Source: Thermocrinis sp. (GTDB lineage: Bacteria; Aquificota; Aquificia; Aquificales; Aquificaceae). From it: a DNA stretch of 64,000 bases. Both the position numbers and the translations under genes were made by a program. Position 1 is the first letter of the stretch, and the number at the start of each line of letters is the position of its first letter. The stretch lies in NCBI GenBank assembly GCA_020833645.1, contig JAJHRQ010000002.1, positions 18,280-82,279 on the forward strand, given 5' to 3'. This document shows positions 61,781-64,000 of the stretch, piece after piece. The notes under the pieces are model-generated. The model made no database searches. It was given only the letters and a program-made list of their open reading frames with translations, and was not told the origin of the DNA.

Positions 61781-62015
61781 TTTTTGTTCCTCCTTCTTTC
61801 CTTATAAACTGCCTGCCTGCATTGCCTTATTATGGTTCTGTATTTGTAATACACAGAGGGCTCTTTGATGGGTAGCTTGTAGTACTTTTCTAGAAGTAGC
61901 ATAATGTCTTCGGTGGTCAGGTATTTATGGTTCCTTATTAGCCCCTTTATATACTTAACTATACGGGTCTCTTTCATTAGGGAATTAAGTATATACCAAC
62001 CCAGTTTGTGTTATA

Positions 62016-62687
62016 ATGATTATCAACATGGAAGGTTTGAGCTTAAGTCATGTATATACGGGACTTTTGGCGATGGTGGTTTGTGTGGTTTTAGTTTTAC
62101 TGGCAGGCAAACCCTCCATAAGACCTACCAAATTCCAAGCCCTTTGGGAGGGATACATAAGGTTTGTTAGGGGGATGGTTATAGAAAACATGGGACATGA
62201 AGGTTTAAGGTATGTGCCTCTAATATCCGCTATTGGTCTTTTTGTGTTTTTTTCCAACCTTTTGGGAATGGTGCCTGGACTGGAGGCACCCACCGCTAAC
62301 GTAAACACCAACTTAGCCCTTGCCCTAATTGTGTTTCTCTTCTACAACATAGAAGGCTTTAGGCTACACGGTATTGGATACCTAAAGCACTTTATGGGGC
62401 CCAGTCCCTACTTGGCTCCCGCTTTCTTTCCCATAGAGGTTATTTCCCATTTGGCAAGACCCATAACCCTAACGCTCAGGCTTTTTGCCAACATGAAGGG
62501 AGGGGCTATGGTTTTGGCGGTTTTGGTAAGCCTTGTGGTGCAAAACTACCTTATAATGGCTGTCTCTCCTGTATTTCTGATGTTTATAATCGCTATAAAG
62601 TTTTTGGCGGTTTTCATACAGGCATACATATTTATGATCCTTTCCACCATTTATTTGGCTGGTGCGGTAGCCCATGAAGAACATTAA
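62016..62687 (+). CDS. atpB: F0F1 ATP synthase subunit a
   Basis: Conserved TLRLFANM (essential Arg) and 5-TM layout. Confidence 0.8.
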   Translation: MIINMEGLSLSHVYTGLLAMVVCVVLVLLAGKPSIRPTKFQALWEGYIRFVRGMVIENMGHEGLRYVPLISAIGLFVFFSNLLGMVPGLEAPTANVNTNLALALIVFLFYNIEGFRLHGIGYLKHFMGPSPYLAPAFFPIEVISHLARPITLTLRLFANMKGGAMVLAVLVSLVVQNYLIMAVSPVFLMFIIAIKFLAVFIQAYIFMILSTIYLAGAVAHEEH

Positions 62688-62713
62688 AAATTTCATAGTA
62701 AGGAGGTAATGCT

Positions 62714-63007
62714 ATGAGAAAGGCACTTCTTACGAGTATGCTAATCCCTGCCCTAGCGTTGGCCGCTGAGGGAGAGGTGTCAAAGCAAGGGATCACGTAT
62801 TTGGGAGCAAGCCTTGCAATAGGCTTAGCAGCTTTTGGAGCTGGAATAGGTATGGGTTATTTGCTTAAGGCCACTCAAGAAGGTATAGCAAGAAACCCCA
62901 CAGCAGGTGGTAGGATTCAGACCACAATGTTTATAGGGTTGGCTTTCTTGGAAACTCTCGCCCTTTATGGTCTGTTGGTGGCTATAATAATCCTCTTTGT
63001 GAAATAA
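62714..63007 (+). CDS. atpE: F0F1 ATP synthase subunit c
   Basis: Hairpin proteolipid with GAGIGMG and carboxylate helix FLETLALYGL. Confidence 0.8.
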   Translation: MRKALLTSMLIPALALAAEGEVSKQGITYLGASLAIGLAAFGAGIGMGYLLKATQEGIARNPTAGGRIQTTMFIGLAFLETLALYGLLVAIIILFVK

Positions 63008-63010
63008 AAG

Positions 63011-63034
63011 GCGGGGGCTTGCTCCCCCCTTTTG
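63011..63034 (+). terminator. Rho-independent terminator after atpE.
   Basis: gggggcttgctccccc stem-loop followed by cttttg. Confidence 0.6.
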
Positions 63035-63047
63035 GAGGTAAAAGAAC

Positions 63048-63194
63048 ATGGCGACTAAAAGGAATATTACCCATCTTTCAAACAGGAAGAGGAGGCGTAA
63101 AAGTGGATTTTTGGCACGGATGTCATCCAAAAGCGGGAGAAAGATCATAGCAAGAAGGCGCAAGAAAGGCAGAAAGGTGCTTGCACCTAGGTGA
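63048..63194 (+). CDS. rpmH: 50S ribosomal protein L34
   Basis: 48 aa, [48 protein letters not shown]. Below the track cutoff. Confidence 0.8.
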   Translation: MATKRNITHLSNRKRRRKSGFLARMSSKSGRKIIARRRKKGRKVLAPR

Positions 63195-63397
63195 AGAGGC
63201 TTGCTATCCTTCTTATAAAGCTTTGGCAGAGGTTTATCTCTCCTCTTTATCCACCCTCTTGTCGGTATTACCCCACATGTTCTGAATATGCTATAATGGC
63301 GGTGGAGAAATACGGTGTGATAAAAGGAATCCTTAAAGCCCTATGGCGCATAGTAAGGTGCAATCCCTTTTCCAAAGGAGGCGTTGATTATCCCTGA
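63191..63397 (+). CDS. yidD: Membrane protein insertion efficiency factor
   Basis: [19 protein letters not shown] ... [13 protein letters not shown]; GTG start overlapping the rpmH stop. Confidence 0.8.
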   Translation: MKRLAILLIKLWQRFISPLYPPSCRYYPTCSEYAIMAVEKYGVIKGILKALWRIVRCNPFSKGGVDYP

Positions 63398-64000
63398 TGC
63401 AAGGGCAGGATATTGACCCTAAAAAGCTGTTTGTGATCGTTGTTCTGGCAACCCTTTTTATATTTGCTTATCAGGCTTACCTTATCCTTTTCCCTCCGCA
63501 GAGCACCCAAAGTCAAGGAAACCAGACCATAAAAGAAGAGAAGGCGCCCCAAGAGGTGCCTCAGCTTTTGCTGGGGACTACAAGGGAAAAGGCAAAGCCC
63601 ACAAACCTTGTGAGCTACAAATCTGAGAACTTTGAGCTTGTCTTTGCCCAAGAAGGTGGAAGACTGGTTGGATTCAAGGACCTAAAATACAACAGAGAGC
63701 TTATCACAGAGGAGGAAAAAAAGCTAAACCTGTTCCCCCTTGAAGTATTCACCGGAGACCCAAACATTGACCTTGCGCTGAACTCAGAGGGCTATGAGAT
63801 AAAGGTAGAGGGCAACAGAATAAGGCTGAGCCTTAAAAAAGAAAACTGGAGCATAGAAAAGATTTTGGAGGACAAGGGCAATTACTTCGCGCTCTCTGTG
63901 GTTGGCAAAAACCTCCCACCAGTGTTTGTATCCTCTGGTCTTCAGGTAAAGGAGGAGGACTTCTACACCCACTCGGGTCCTGTACTAAAGGTGGGAGAGA
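63397..64000 (+). CDS. yidC: Membrane protein insertase YidC (N-terminal part; continues beyond the window).
   Basis: ATG overlaps the yidD stop (TGATG). N-terminal TM then periplasmic domain. No stop before the window end, so it is not in the ORF track. Confidence 0.6.
   Translation, partial: MQGQDIDPKKLFVIVVLATLFIFAYQAYLILFPPQSTQSQGNQTIKEEKAPQEVPQLLLGTTREKAKPTNLVSYKSENFELVFAQEGGRLVGFKDLKYNRELITEEEKKLNLFPLEVFTGDPNIDLALNSEGYEIKVEGNRIRLSLKKENWSIEKILEDKGNYFALSVVGKNLPPVFVSSGLQVKEEDFYTHSGPVLKVGE

Noticed and set aside
61768-61977. 69-aa basic ORF (MKETRIVKYIKGLIRNHKYL...) upstream of atpB.
   Set aside because: Overlaps the lpd-like pseudogene N-terminus. No motif. Kept only as a possibility, not called.

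Overview
This 64-kb window looks like an Aquificales-type thermophile chromosome, mostly a dense housekeeping backbone with two decayed accessory patches. Evidence for the lineage is inference from gene content: rpmH-yidD-yidC with no rnpA between them, a thioredoxin-like [2Fe-2S] ferredoxin, and split ATP-synthase genes.

Housekeeping genes recognised include argB, murA, hemA, rdgB, bioH/bioC, htrA, a sigma-70 family factor, truB, accB, efp, a PycB/OadA-like carboxyltransferase, ctpA, tsaD, tldD, pheA, lipA, thrC, leuB, hfq, htpX, smpB, mtnP, radC, murE, uppS, cdsA, a PilQ-like secretin, atpB/atpE, rpmH, yidD and partial yidC. There are three tRNAs (Phe-GAA, Pro-TGG, Arg-TCT) and no rRNA or CRISPR array.

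Accessory patch 1 (about 5.6-11.6 kb) holds a TetR regulator, a PolX-PHP pseudogene, two copies of a TnpB-like insertion element with 17-bp terminal inverted repeats (a third, MITE-like copy lies at 21.36 kb), and a ~610-bp non-autonomous IS6-like element. It also holds a compact type II restriction-modification cassette bounded by a diverged duplicate of the argB 3' end.

Accessory patch 2 (25.2-27.9 kb) is a gene graveyard: an hsdM N-terminal stub, a second IS6-like copy, a multiply frameshifted Ppx/GppA gene and an IS982-like transposase remnant.

Other notable items are a family-1 encapsulin shell gene with no adjacent cargo, a CDF transporter fused to a NifX-like domain, and a dihydrolipoamide-dehydrogenase-like gene broken into three frames.

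No intact novel multi-gene defence system was found. The most system-like novelties are the TIR-bounded, zinc-finger-less TnpB-like element family and the argB-targeted restriction-modification islet.
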